25,836 nt of DNA from contig CAITFQ010000073.1 in NCBI GenBank assembly GCA_903891735.1, positions 1-25,836 on the forward strand, read 5' to 3'. Made by a program: the position numbers and the translations under genes. The notes beneath the pieces were generated by a model. The model was not told the origin of the DNA. It saw only the letters and a list, made by a program, of their open reading frames with translations, and did not search any database. Origin of the DNA: Candidatus Uhrbacteria bacterium. Lineage in GTDB: Bacteria > Patescibacteriota > Patescibacteriia > UBA9934. Positions 25,675 through 25,836 of this stretch are shown one piece after another (the stretch's first letter is position 1; the number at the start of each line of letters is the position of its first letter).

Positions 25675-25704
25675 CGTCTTTGCGAGCGTCAGCGAAGCAA
25701 TCTT
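25675..25704 (+). repeat. CGTC-tagged short palindrome (REP-like), copy 2
   Basis: cgtctttgcgagcgtcagcgaagcaatctt. Confidence 0.8.
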
Positions 25705-25730
25705 ACGTAAGTCGAAAGTCGTTTCGAGGC

Positions 25731-25836
25731 CGCCAGGGCAGTCCTCCTCCTAGCTGCACCTCGTCAACCGTAATGGCCGTCTCACCTCGGCCAGCTCAGC
25801 TGGCCAGGTCTGACTCGGGCGCCATTACAGGGCCGA
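25731..25836 (+). repeat. Dispersed long-hairpin repeat, copy D (truncated by window end)
   Basis: 25741-25836 matches 15971-16067 of copy A apart from two substitutions and one indel. Confidence 0.9.

Noticed and set aside
15957-25836. CRISPR array interpretation of the repeats
   Set aside because: Copies are 100-190 nt long, kilobases apart and not separated by regular spacers; no cas genes are present.

Overview
A 25.8 kb chromosomal segment, most likely from a Patescibacteria/CPR (Parcubacteria-like) bacterium. That assignment is inferred from gene content, the absence of clear Shine-Dalgarno motifs, and divergent enzyme homologues. Most of the window is housekeeping: rplS, cmk, an RluD-type synthase, a valS-tyrS-argS cluster, bactofilin, DsbA/VKOR, yraN, nusA, yidC, groES with a CIRCE operator, and five CCA-encoding tRNAs. 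A few genes look accessory (SET domain, Bro-N, KamA radical SAM, an AT-rich APH-like kinase), and there is a membrane/NTase/O-antigen-ligase cluster. The most notable observations are: (1) four co-oriented copies of a long hairpin repeat with compensatory base changes, flanked by GTAG/CGTC-tagged palindromes, one of which supplies the last codons of the VKOR gene; (2) a tRNA-Ile with the rare UAU anticodon, embedded in inverted repeats; (3) full-length CCA-adding-like and DHH proteins that have lost their catalytic residues; (4) many sigma70 -10 boxes only 6-10 nt from start codons, suggesting leaderless or near-leaderless mRNAs. No integrase, transposase or CRISPR array was seen.
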